From the sequence record KJ019103.1: a DNA stretch of 64,000 nt. One strand, given 5' to 3'. A model generated the notes under the pieces. The model saw nothing but the letters and a program-made list of their open reading frames with translations. It had not been told where the DNA came from and ran no database searches. Made by a program: the position numbers and the translations under genes. This document shows positions 53,976 to 62,172 of this stretch, piece by piece. Numbering within the stretch: the first letter of the stretch is position 1; each line of letters opens with the position of its first letter.

Positions 53976-54739
53976 ATGAAACTATCTGACGAAACTATTG
54001 CAGTGTTGAAGAACTTCTCTTCTATCAACCAGAGTATTATTGTGGGTGAGGGTAACACCTTAAGAACTATCTCAGTGATGAAGAACATCCTTGCTGAGGC
54101 AAAAGTCTCTGAGAACTTTGAGAAGTCCTTTGCTATCTACGACCTCAATGAGTTTCTAAATGGTTTATCACTTCATGATAACTACGCATTGGATTTCACC
54201 AATGATACCTATGTGGTTATTCGTGAAGGTCGTCGTCGTGTGAACTATCACTTCGCAGATCCTGAAGTTATTGTTGCTCCACCTGATAAGCAACTCCAAC
54301 TTCCCTCTGAGGATGTATGTTTCCAATTGGATCACAGCCAACTCACTTCGCAGATCCTGAAGTTATTGTTGCTCCACCTGATAAGCAACTCCAACTTCCC
54401 TCTGAGGATGTATGTTTCCAATTGGATCACAGCCAACTCCTACAACTAGTGAAAGCTGCTTCTATCTACAAACTCCCTGATCTATCCGTTGTTGGTGAGG
54501 ATGGTACTATCTCCCTAGTTGTTCGCGATAAGAAGAACGACTCATCCAATGTGTATTCTGTGGATGTTGGTGAGACTACCGATGACTTCACCTTCAACTT
54601 CAAGGTTGAGAATACTAACAAGATTCTCGCTGGTAACTATGATGTAGTTATCTCCCAGAAACTACTCGCCAAGTTCACTGGACAGAAGAACAATGTTGAG
54701 TATTTTATCGCTTTAGAACCAGACAGCACCTTTGGGTGA
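53976..54739 (+). CDS. gp45: Sliding clamp gp45, frame broken by a 95-bp duplication (appears as ORFs 53976-54449 and 54317-54739)
   Basis: MKLS..T...LKNFS.IN.SI, F.IYDLNEFL, F.F.F..EN.K...G.Y.V, Y.IALE. Deleting one 95-bp copy leaves a 669-nt, 222-aa ORF. Confidence 0.9.
54248..54439 (+). repeat. Exact 95-bp tandem duplication inside g45
   Basis: 54248-54344 is identical to 54343-54439 (period 95, 2-bp TC junction overlap). Confidence 0.97.
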
Positions 54740-54745
54740 TATTAT

Positions 54746-54770
54746 GGGAGGGTAACACCTCCCTTTTTTT
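54746..54770 (+). terminator. Rho-independent terminator after g45
   Basis: GGGAGG-GTAACA-CCTCCC plus T7. Confidence 0.85.
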
Positions 54771-55298
54771 ATGAATGTATTCGCGACAGAACAGTCCCCC
54801 AGAGGTAGTGCCGTTGTATTACCTGACAAACATATCGTGAAGATGCCTCTTGAATGTTGCCAAATGGTGGCTATCATCTACTCTCACTGGTATTACAACT
54901 GGGGTGAGATACACAAAGCGAACGGAGAACCATACTCTACTGAGAAGGGTGCGTTTCGCAACCACCCCTGCACCAAGTGGGCAGCAGAGAGTATGTATAA
55001 CACAGCCTGGTTGATCGATCATGGACTAGCACTCTGTACTGAATACACTGATAGGTATGATAAGGTTCACTCTTGTGCTAAGACCTTGTTTGAAGCCAAG
55101 AAGATGTTCCATAGATACACTGGTGAGACCATCCTATGTTACAATATGGTGGAGGACTTCACCCGTGCCATGCCTGATGAGTTCAAGCTTGACACTGGTA
55201 TCTCTACCTTTGATGCGTATAAGATGTATATTTCATCCAAACCTTGGGTGAAAGACAACTATCTCCGCAAACCTGAACGCAAACCCTCTTGGGTTTGA
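54771..55298 (+). CDS. Pyrimidine-dimer DNA glycosylase-like (DenV family) protein
   Basis: MN.F, DKHIVKMPLE..QM, HPCTKWA..S..N..WL..HG.ALC.EY..RY.K.H. Confidence 0.7.
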   Translation: MNVFATEQSPRGSAVVLPDKHIVKMPLECCQMVAIIYSHWYYNWGEIHKANGEPYSTEKGAFRNHPCTKWAAESMYNTAWLIDHGLALCTEYTDRYDKVHSCAKTLFEAKKMFHRYTGETILCYNMVEDFTRAMPDEFKLDTGISTFDAYKMYISSKPWVKDNYLRKPERKPSWV

Positions 55299-55319
55299 TT
55301 ACTTTATTATCTTTTTATT

Positions 55320-56270
55320 ATGAACGAACGCACTGATTTCCTATGGACAGAGAAATACCGCCCACAGGTTATTGATGATTGTATTCTCCCCGATCACGTA
55401 AAGAATACATTCAAGGAGTTTGTTGCTAAGGGTGAGATCCCTAACCTCTTGTTATCTGGTCCTCCTGGTATTGGTAAGACCACAATTGCCAAAGCTCTTT
55501 GTAATGAGATTGGTGCCGACTACTATGTAATCAATGGATCCGATGAGGGAAGATTCCTTGACACAGTCCGTAACCAAGCAAAGAACTTTGCTTCCACAAT
55601 GTCCCTTACCTCGGAAGCAAAACACAAGGTCATCATTATTGATGAGGCAGATAACACAGGTAGTGATGTTCAGATGTTGCTTCGTGCAAACATCGAGGCA
55701 TTCTACAAGAACTGTCGTTTCATCTTTACCTGCAACTATAAGAACAAGATCATTGAACCCCTCCACAGTAGGTGTGCAGTGGTTGAGTTCTCCGCTAGGG
55801 GTAAGGATAGACAACAGATCGCTGCGTCCTTCTTCCAGAGACTCTCTGGTATCTTAGAAAAGGAACATGTAGAGGCTGACAAGAAGGTTCTGGTAGAACT
55901 AGTTCAGAAACACTTCCCTGACTTCAGGAGGGTTCTAAATGAGGTTCAGAGGTATTCCAGTAGTGGTAAGATCGACTCTGGTATCCTAGCAACCTTCTCT
56001 GAAGTTAAGGTAGAGGACCTTATCAAACACCTTCGTGAGAAGAACTTTGTTGAAGTCCGTAAGTGGGTTGTTGCTAACTTAGATAACGATACTAATAGTA
56101 TCCTCCGTAAGTTATACGACACCCTATCTACACAACTAAAAGGTCCTTCTATCGCTGCTGCTGTATTGGTTATCGCCAAGTATCAGTATCAGGGAGCCTT
56201 TGTAGCTGACCAGGAGATCAACCTCCTAGCAGCTCTAACCGAAATTATGATTGAATGTGAGTTTTCCTAA
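55320..56270 (+). CDS. gp44: Clamp loader ATPase subunit gp44
   Basis: LWTEKYRP, GPPGIGKTT, INGSDE, IIIDEAD, PLHSRC, FPDFRR.LNE.Q. Confidence 0.97.
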   Translation: MNERTDFLWTEKYRPQVIDDCILPDHVKNTFKEFVAKGEIPNLLLSGPPGIGKTTIAKALCNEIGADYYVINGSDEGRFLDTVRNQAKNFASTMSLTSEAKHKVIIIDEADNTGSDVQMLLRANIEAFYKNCRFIFTCNYKNKIIEPLHSRCAVVEFSARGKDRQQIAASFFQRLSGILEKEHVEADKKVLVELVQKHFPDFRRVLNEVQRYSSSGKIDSGILATFSEVKVEDLIKHLREKNFVEVRKWVVANLDNDTNSILRKLYDTLSTQLKGPSIAAAVLVIAKYQYQGAFVADQEINLLAALTEIMIECEFS

Positions 56271-56272
56271 TT

Positions 56273-56563
56273 ATGAATGTCAAACTAATCCGTATGAACT
56301 CTGGCGAAGATGTTATCGCCGACCTCATCAGTGAGACTGATGATACACTAGTTCTATCCAACCCTATTGTTTTAGTTCCTGGTCAAGGTGGAACACTGGG
56401 TTTCGCCCCATGGTCACCAGTTCTCTCCCCAGATGTTAAGGAGATTACAATCAAGTCCAGCTACATTGTATTCATGAGTGAGCCAAATGAGGATGTAGTG
56501 GATAACTACAACCAAATCTTTTCCCCCATTGTCACACCAAGCAGTAAAGGATTAATCTTATGA
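56273..56563 (+). CDS. Sm-like-fold hypothetical protein
   Basis: 96 aa; VKLIRMNSGEDVI...L.NPI pattern. Confidence 0.65.
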   Translation: MNVKLIRMNSGEDVIADLISETDDTLVLSNPIVLVPGQGGTLGFAPWSPVLSPDVKEITIKSSYIVFMSEPNEDVVDNYNQIFSPIVTPSSKGLIL

Positions 56564-56802
56564 TGGATACAGTTGTACTCTATACAAACAACGGCCAAGA
56601 GTCGGAGAGAATCCAACAACTACTGACTAGTGTAGGTGGTGAGTTTCATATCTATACCTTAGATCAAGACTTCACACAGGACCAATTCCGTAAGGAGTTT
56701 GGTGTATCTGCGGAATACCCACAGGTCGCCATAGGTTATAATCACATTGGGGGTCTCAAGGAAACCCTACATTATCTAACGGACGAAGGACTTATTAAAT
56801 GA
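56560..56802 (+). CDS. Glutaredoxin-like protein lacking CxxC
   Basis: 80 aa; FRKEFG....YPQV.IG..HIGG Grx signature; contains no Cys. Confidence 0.6.
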   Translation: MMDTVVLYTNNGQESERIQQLLTSVGGEFHIYTLDQDFTQDQFRKEFGVSAEYPQVAIGYNHIGGLKETLHYLTDEGLIK

Positions 56803-57209
56803 CCCTGGAACTCAAAGACTGGTTGAATAGTTTAAACATGAGTAAGGAAGACCTTATTGGTGGAGATCCTGATGTGGAGAAAGAGTATCCACCATTCATT
56901 GTCAATAAGTGTATGTCTGGTCAGATGGATGCACTTATGTTTGCTAATGAGATGAATAAGTTCCCCTCACTAGATAAAAAGTTACAATATGATTTTTATC
57001 TAAATAGTTTGCGGAAGAGAAAGCGTTTCTCTCCCTGGTTAAGGAAGGATAAGATTAAACACCTTGAGACCGTTCGTAAGTTTTATGGCTTTTCCACTGA
57101 AAAAGCAGAACAAGCTTTGAATATTTTATCCAATGAACAACTTGACTTTATCTATGATAAGCTTGACACTGGGGGAACCAAACCATGCAAACGGACGAAA
57201 GAGGGGTAG
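56799..57209 (+). CDS. gp62: Clamp loader small subunit gp62
   Basis: KEYPPFIVNKC, ANEMN, LQYDFYLN..RKRKRF..W. Confidence 0.93.
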   Translation: MTLELKDWLNSLNMSKEDLIGGDPDVEKEYPPFIVNKCMSGQMDALMFANEMNKFPSLDKKLQYDFYLNSLRKRKRFSPWLRKDKIKHLETVRKFYGFSTEKAEQALNILSNEQLDFIYDKLDTGGTKPCKRTKEG

Positions 57210-57613
57210 TATCTTGGGACCCCTCATATATGATAGAAGTATTTTTGTCAGAACCTGACGACTTCTTAAAAGTAAGAGAAACTCTTACGCGCATTGGTGT
57301 GGCATCTCGCAAAGAGAAGAAGATATATCAGTCTTGTCATATTCTACATAAGCAGGGAAGATACTTTATAGTTCATTTTAAGGAACTCTTTGCCCTTGAT
57401 GGTAAGCATACTACAATTACCTTGAATGATATACAGAGACGCAATCGTATTGTTAAACTACTATCCGATTGGAACTTGATTGAAGTTTCAGATAGTATCG
57501 ATATTACAGATGTTGCCCCTCTGAATCAAATAAAAGTTCTCTCATATAAAGAAAAAGAAGACTGGATACTGGAACCGAAATATAACATTGGAAGTGTGAA
57601 ACGTTCAGAATAA
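57185..57613 (+). CDS. regA: Translational repressor RegA
   Basis: PDDFLKVRETLTRIGVA, YQSCHILHKQG.Y.IVHFKEL..LDG. Confidence 0.96.
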   Translation: MQTDERGVVSWDPSYMIEVFLSEPDDFLKVRETLTRIGVASRKEKKIYQSCHILHKQGRYFIVHFKELFALDGKHTTITLNDIQRRNRIVKLLSDWNLIEVSDSIDITDVAPLNQIKVLSYKEKEDWILEPKYNIGSVKRSE

Positions 57614-57618
57614 CAGGG

Positions 57619-57645
57619 AGGGGGGGTATCCACACCCCCTTTTTT
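57619..57645 (+). terminator. Rho-independent terminator after regA
   Basis: G-run/C-run stem around an ATCCAC loop, followed by T6. Confidence 0.8.
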
Positions 57646-57665
57646 GTGCTTTTTTGTAATTTGGG

Positions 57666-57732
57666 CATAAATAGATGAGTAGTTGCCACTCAGGGACTAC
57701 ACCTTATACATCTCGCTTATTAGGAGAAACAC
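57666..57732 (+). promoter_or_regulatory. Late-promoter variant CATAAATA and structured hsp20 leader (ROSE-like)
   Basis: CATAAATA at 57666-73; TCTCGCT-TATT-AGGAGA hairpin at 57711-57727 covers the SD. Confidence 0.55.
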
Positions 57733-58176
57733 ATGTCTGGATTAGCACGCTATTATGGTTCTGGGGATATTGAGAAGTTCCTCAAGGACGTTGATAAGTA
57801 TTCAATCGGAATGGATGAATGGTTCCATAGGTTCGGAGCACTTCACCAAACAGAAGCAAACTACCCACCCTACAACGTTATTCAGGAGAATGCAGTCTCC
57901 TATCGTGTGGAGGTTGCAGTTGCTGGATTTGCAACAAAAGAACTAGAAGTATTCACAGAGAACAACAAACTCTACGTGGAGGGTCAGAAGGAACTGGCAG
58001 AGCCTAAGGAGGGTGAGTCCTATGTTCATCGTGGGGTGGCTGCAAGGTCATTCAAGAGGGTCTGGACTATCTCTGACGACGTGGAAGTGAAGGACGTGGA
58101 GGTTTCCAATGGTCTCCTCACCATCCGACTCTCTCGTATCGTTCCTGACCACCAGAAGAGACGTTCCTATCTCTGA
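57733..58176 (+). CDS. hsp20: Small heat-shock protein Hsp20
   Basis: NYPPYN, E.AVAGF...L.V, Y.HRG.A.RSF.R, V.....NGLL.I.L alpha-crystallin motifs; strong SD AGGAG. Confidence 0.95.
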   Translation: MSGLARYYGSGDIEKFLKDVDKYSIGMDEWFHRFGALHQTEANYPPYNVIQENAVSYRVEVAVAGFATKELEVFTENNKLYVEGQKELAEPKEGESYVHRGVAARSFKRVWTISDDVEVKDVEVSNGLLTIRLSRIVPDHQKRRSYL

Positions 58177-58275
58177 TATAAATATCCATTGAGACTATTT
58201 TCTCCGGGAGTATTGATCTCCCAAATATCGTCGCACCTGGGGGGTCCTGTCACAAAACAGGGTTGCCCCCTTTTT
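58177..58275 (+). ncRNA. Candidate small structured RNA (late promoter to terminator, no ORF)
   Basis: TATAAATA at 58177-84; hairpin GGGAG/CTCCC at 58206-22; GGGGG...CCTGT/ACAGG...CCCCC stem plus T5 ending 58275. Confidence 0.35.
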
Positions 58276-58290
58276 GGTGCATGTTATAAT
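58263..58290 (+). promoter_or_regulatory. sigma70-type promoter for the polymerase operon
   Basis: TTGCCC-N16-TATAAT with TG extension; overlaps the terminator. Confidence 0.6.
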
Positions 58291-58305
58291 ATAGTATAAA
58301 CTAAA

Positions 58306-58692
58306 ATGAACAATGATTATGATAGGGAACTTCCTTCCCCAACCGGATCTACGGGGGCAGTTGAACTAATGATTGAATCTATTGACCAGATGAGCAACAA
58401 TGATCCAGTAGTAAAACTAGTTCTACTGAAGAATAATGAAACTATTATTGCTGAGGTTCGTGAGAGTATCGATGGAAGTAGTGTTCAGCTCATTGACCCT
58501 CGTGTAGTTCTACTACAGGCAGCAAGACCATCTGATGACGGACAGACCACAACAACTGCCATCTCATATACCGACTGGTTACCTTTGTCTGAGAGTAGAA
58601 ACTTCACTATTGATGGTGATTATGTGGTCCTTATCACTGATCCCATTGAAAGTTTAGTACAAAGTTATACACAGGCACGACAAAATGGATGA
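58306..58692 (+). CDS. Sm-like-fold hypothetical protein
   Basis: 128 aa; VKLVLLKNNETIIAEV...LIDP...WLPLS. Confidence 0.7.
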   Translation: MNNDYDRELPSPTGSTGAVELMIESIDQMSNNDPVVKLVLLKNNETIIAEVRESIDGSSVQLIDPRVVLLQAARPSDDGQTTTTAISYTDWLPLSESRNFTIDGDYVVLITDPIESLVQSYTQARQNG

Positions 58693-58966
58693 AACTATTA
58701 GAGTATTGGTCTTGACCAATGGAAAAGTCCTTATCAGTAAGATCGAAGAGATAGGAGGTGCTGATATCGGGGAGCCAGACTGCCGTCTAACCGACCCAGT
58801 ATGGTATAATGATGAGGTGGAGGAAATGACTGAAGGGTTCAAACGCTTTCCTGGTAAGGGGATCACACCCGATACCAAGTTGGCCATCTCTTCTGTCAAT
58901 ATCTTGACTCTGGTTACCCCAGATAATAAACTCCTCAGTGAATACCTCGTGTTTATTAGTGATTAA
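58685..58966 (+). CDS. Sm-like-fold hypothetical protein
   Basis: 93 aa; LISKIEE...DIGEPDC.L.DP. Confidence 0.7.
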   Translation: MDETIRVLVLTNGKVLISKIEEIGGADIGEPDCRLTDPVWYNDEVEEMTEGFKRFPGKGITPDTKLAISSVNILTLVTPDNKLLSEYLVFISD

Positions 58967-60441
58967 TGTCTAACAAGTTCTACACCAATGTTCAGCTTTA
59001 TGGTAACAACATCCTCCTACGCGGGTATGAGAACGGAGAGAAGTTTCACACTAGGGAACAATACTCTCCCACACTATATGTGAGTTCTAAGAAACCTAGT
59101 GAGTGGAAAACACTTACTGGTGAGAATGTTCAACCAGTGAAACCCGGATCTATTAGAGATTGTAGGGATTTTATCAAGAAGTATAAAGATGTAGAGAACT
59201 TTAATGTGTTTGGTAATGAGAGGTTTGCCTTTCAATACATTGCAGACAACTATCCTGGGGAGATTGAATATGATCCTCAGTTGATTAATATCTTGAGTTT
59301 GGATATTGAGGTTGAGTCTGAACATGGTTTCCCAGATCCAGAGTCTGCTAATGAGGAAGTACTACTCATTACTATTCAGGACTATGTTACCAAACAAATC
59401 ATTACTTGGGGTCAGATAAAGCATGGGGAGTTTGATAACCAACAGGATAATGTAGATTTCCGTCCATGTGAGAGTGAGTATCACCTACTGAGTGCCTTTA
59501 TTCAGTGGTGGCAACAGAACCCACCTGATGTTATCACTGGGTGGAACATTGACTATTATGATATTCCATACCTCGTCAGACGCATGAAGAGAGTGTTGGG
59601 GGATAAACTAGCAAGCACTATCTCCCCTTGGAAGTTCGTAACAGATGAAGAGCACTTCTTCAAAGGTATGAACAAACTATACTACAATATCGCTGGTATC
59701 ACCCAACTAGACTACCTAGTTTTATACACTAAGTTCACATATACGAACCAAGAGTCATACAGACTAGACCACATTGCTAATGTGGAGTTGGGTCAGCAGA
59801 AGTTAGACCACTCTGAGTTTGAAACTTTCAAAGACTTCTACCGAAAAGGTTGGCAGAAGTTCGTAGAATATAACATCGTTGACGTGGAACTGGTTGACAG
59901 GATGGAAGAGAAGTTGAAACTCATTGACCTTGCCATCACTATGGCGTTTGATGCCAAGGTTAACTTCCAGGATGTATTCTCACAGGTGAGACTATGGGAT
60001 ACTATTATCTATAACTATCTCAGGGATAGGAACATTGTTATCCCTCAGAAGGAACAGACTAGTAAGAGTGAGAAGTTCGCTGGAGCATATGTAAAAGAAC
60101 CCAAACCCGGTCTATATGAATGGGTGGTGTCCTTTGACCTTAACTCCCTGTATCCTCACCTACTAATGCAATACAACATCTCTCCAGAAACATTGATGGA
60201 AGAGAGGTGTCCTAATATCTCCATTGAAAAGGTTCTCAATGAAGAAGTAACCTTTGAGATGTATAAAGACTATGCTGTTTGTCCTAATGGGGCAATGTAT
60301 CGCAAAGATGTCCGCGGGTTCCTACCAACCCTAATGGAAAAGATGTATGATGAACGAAAGGCGTTCAAACAAAAGATGTTGAAGTCCAAACAAATCCTCG
60401 TTGATATCGAGGCTGAAATGAAAAGAAGAGGTGTATTATGA
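58966..60441 (+). CDS. gp43: DNA polymerase gp43, N-terminal half (gp43A)
   Basis: Exo I LDIEVE, Exo II GWNIDYYD, Exo III YNIVDV and motif A SFDLNSLYPH; ends after ERKAFKQKML. Confidence 0.95.
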   Translation: MSNKFYTNVQLYGNNILLRGYENGEKFHTREQYSPTLYVSSKKPSEWKTLTGENVQPVKPGSIRDCRDFIKKYKDVENFNVFGNERFAFQYIADNYPGEIEYDPQLINILSLDIEVESEHGFPDPESANEEVLLITIQDYVTKQIITWGQIKHGEFDNQQDNVDFRPCESEYHLLSAFIQWWQQNPPDVITGWNIDYYDIPYLVRRMKRVLGDKLASTISPWKFVTDEEHFFKGMNKLYYNIAGITQLDYLVLYTKFTYTNQESYRLDHIANVELGQQKLDHSEFETFKDFYRKGWQKFVEYNIVDVELVDRMEEKLKLIDLAITMAFDAKVNFQDVFSQVRLWDTIIYNYLRDRNIVIPQKEQTSKSEKFAGAYVKEPKPGLYEWVVSFDLNSLYPHLLMQYNISPETLMEERCPNISIEKVLNEEVTFEMYKDYAVCPNGAMYRKDVRGFLPTLMEKMYDERKAFKQKMLKSKQILVDIEAEMKRRGVL

Positions 60442-60596
60442 GTTTTCGTCACAAAACATATGGTGGTCTAGTTCATTATGACCACAATGATAAGATTATA
60501 GTCATTGAACGTCGATTGAATCCAATGCAACATCACGCTATGCTTGTGAGTAAGTTGAAGGAAGAGTATCCAGAGTATCAAGTAGTTACTGGATAG
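60438..60596 (+). CDS. 52-aa hypothetical protein (not in the ORF track)
   Basis: ATGA-coupled to the gp43A stop; MSFRHKTYGGLVHYDHNDKIIVIERRLNPMQHHAMLVSKLKEEYPEYQVVTG. Confidence 0.55.
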   Translation: MSFRHKTYGGLVHYDHNDKIIVIERRLNPMQHHAMLVSKLKEEYPEYQVVTG

Positions 60597-60811
60597 TGAG
60601 TGGTTTAGTTGCTGAGATTATGCAAGTCGTTACTATGATTACTATGCTATTCAATATGTGCAATAGTAATGAGTTCAACAGACAAGCATGTATGAAAGAC
60701 TGGGATACTTGGTTATTACCTGAGATATCCCGTGCGTGGCAAATTAAAACAGGTCAGGAAGCCCCTTACCAAAACGAGGAAGATGTGGTAGAATGGCACC
60801 AACAGCAGTGA
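60596..60811 (+). CDS. Small hypothetical protein
   Basis: 71 aa (or from ATG 60620); overlaps the upstream stop; its TGA overlaps the GAGGT SD of gp43B. Confidence 0.6.
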   Translation: MSGLVAEIMQVVTMITMLFNMCNSNEFNRQACMKDWDTWLLPEISRAWQIKTGQEAPYQNEEDVVEWHQQQ

Positions 60812-60818
60812 GGTTCTT

Positions 60819-61982
60819 ATTGGTTATCTTATCGGTGGAGACTCTGAGGAGAAGCAGGAGGAGATCGTTCAGTCGGATAGTGACTATTCCAAACTATCTG
60901 ATAAACAACTGATCTATCTACGTGGGCAAACTATTAAAGATATTGCTAAGTTTTATAATTTTCAACAAGTAAGGAAAATTACTCTAAACTCCGCTTATGG
61001 TGCTTTGGGTAACCAATACTTTAGATACTATAAACTGGCGAACGCAGAGGCAGTGACCTTCTCTGGTCAGTTAAGTATCCGTTGGATTGAGAATAAGATG
61101 AATGGATTCATCAATGAGATTCTAAAAACAGAGGGTAAGGATTATGTGATCGCCTCTGATACTGACTCTATCTACATTAACTTTGGTGATGTGGTAGATA
61201 AGTTCTTGAAGAAGTTTGATGGTGATAAGGAGAAGACTGTATCAATGGTAGATAAGATCTGTAAGGATCAACTAGAACCATTCATTGATAAGTGTTATGC
61301 CCATTTGGGTGAGTATGTGAATGCATACGAACAGAAGATGCAGATGAAGAGAGAGAATATTGCAGACAGGGGTATCTGGACAGCGAAGAAGAGATATATC
61401 CTGAATGTATGGGATAGTGAGGGTGTTCGTTATGAGGAACCCAAACTGAAGATGATGGGTATCGAAGCAGTGAAGTCCTCTACACCTGCTCCTTGTAGAA
61501 CTATGATTAAGGATGCTCTCCGTATTATCATTGAGAAATCTGAGGATGAAGTTATTGACTACATTGATGATTGTAGGAAGAAGTTCAAACAGATGACACC
61601 AGAGGAGATTGCGTTTCCTCGTTCCGTTAGTGATATGATCAAGTTCCGTTCTGGGACAACAATATATGCTAAGAGTACTCCTATGCATGTGAGGGGAGCG
61701 TTACTATTCAATCATCACATTAAGAAGGGTGGGTTGGAGAACAAGTATTCTCTCATCAATAGTGGTGAGAAGATCAAGTTCTGCTACCTCAAGATTCCTA
61801 ATCTAATTGGTGAGAATGTTATCTCATTCATCTCCGACTTTCCTAGGGAACTTAAGTTGGAGAAGTATGTTGATTATGATACCCAATTCAATAAAGCATT
61901 CCTAGATCCACTCAAGATCATCTTGGATGCTATTGGTTGGAACTGTGAGAAGCAGATGTCCTTGGAGTCATTTTTCACCTGA
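60819..61982 (+). CDS. gp43: DNA polymerase gp43, C-terminal half (gp43B), proposed ATT start
   Basis: Frame open from 60792; motif B RKITLNSAYG lies upstream of the track start 61005; motif C IASDTDS; KKRY; C-terminal SLESFF clamp-binding motif. The start position is inferred. Confidence 0.85.
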   Translation: MGYLIGGDSEEKQEEIVQSDSDYSKLSDKQLIYLRGQTIKDIAKFYNFQQVRKITLNSAYGALGNQYFRYYKLANAEAVTFSGQLSIRWIENKMNGFINEILKTEGKDYVIASDTDSIYINFGDVVDKFLKKFDGDKEKTVSMVDKICKDQLEPFIDKCYAHLGEYVNAYEQKMQMKRENIADRGIWTAKKRYILNVWDSEGVRYEEPKLKMMGIEAVKSSTPAPCRTMIKDALRIIIEKSEDEVIDYIDDCRKKFKQMTPEEIAFPRSVSDMIKFRSGTTIYAKSTPMHVRGALLFNHHIKKGGLENKYSLINSGEKIKFCYLKIPNLIGENVISFISDFPRELKLEKYVDYDTQFNKAFLDPLKIILDAIGWNCEKQMSLESFFT

Positions 61983-62010
61983 TATATAAAACCCCCAGAG
62001 GAGATCGCCA

Positions 62011-62169
62011 ATGGAAAAACAAAATCTAGCGATGGATCTATTCATCGAGTCTGTAATCAAACCAGACAGTGACCTTAGGGGTCAAGCATCAGAACAGGGT
62101 TGTCTAGAAGAACTATTGCAAATCCGTGATGATGTGATAAAATATCTTTATAACGAGAGGAAAAACTAG
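62011..62169 (+). CDS. 52-aa hypothetical protein (not in the ORF track)
   Basis: SD GAGGAG upstream; MEKQNLAMDLFIESVIKPDSDLRGQASEQGCLEELLQIRDDVIKYLYNERKN. Confidence 0.6.
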   Translation: MEKQNLAMDLFIESVIKPDSDLRGQASEQGCLEELLQIRDDVIKYLYNERKN

Positions 62170-62172
62170 TTT

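Noticed and set aside
60442-60818. Group I intron or intein as the cause of the gp43 break
   Set aside because: No recognisable P/Q/R/S core or intein C1...HN motifs; the gap is fully occupied by two coupled ORFs.
60793-60912. ATG-initiated 39-aa ORF (MAPTAVRF...) as the gp43B start via a frameshift
   Set aside because: It is in a different frame, has no X-XXY-YYZ slippery site and no well-spaced SD. Not strictly excluded without proteomics.
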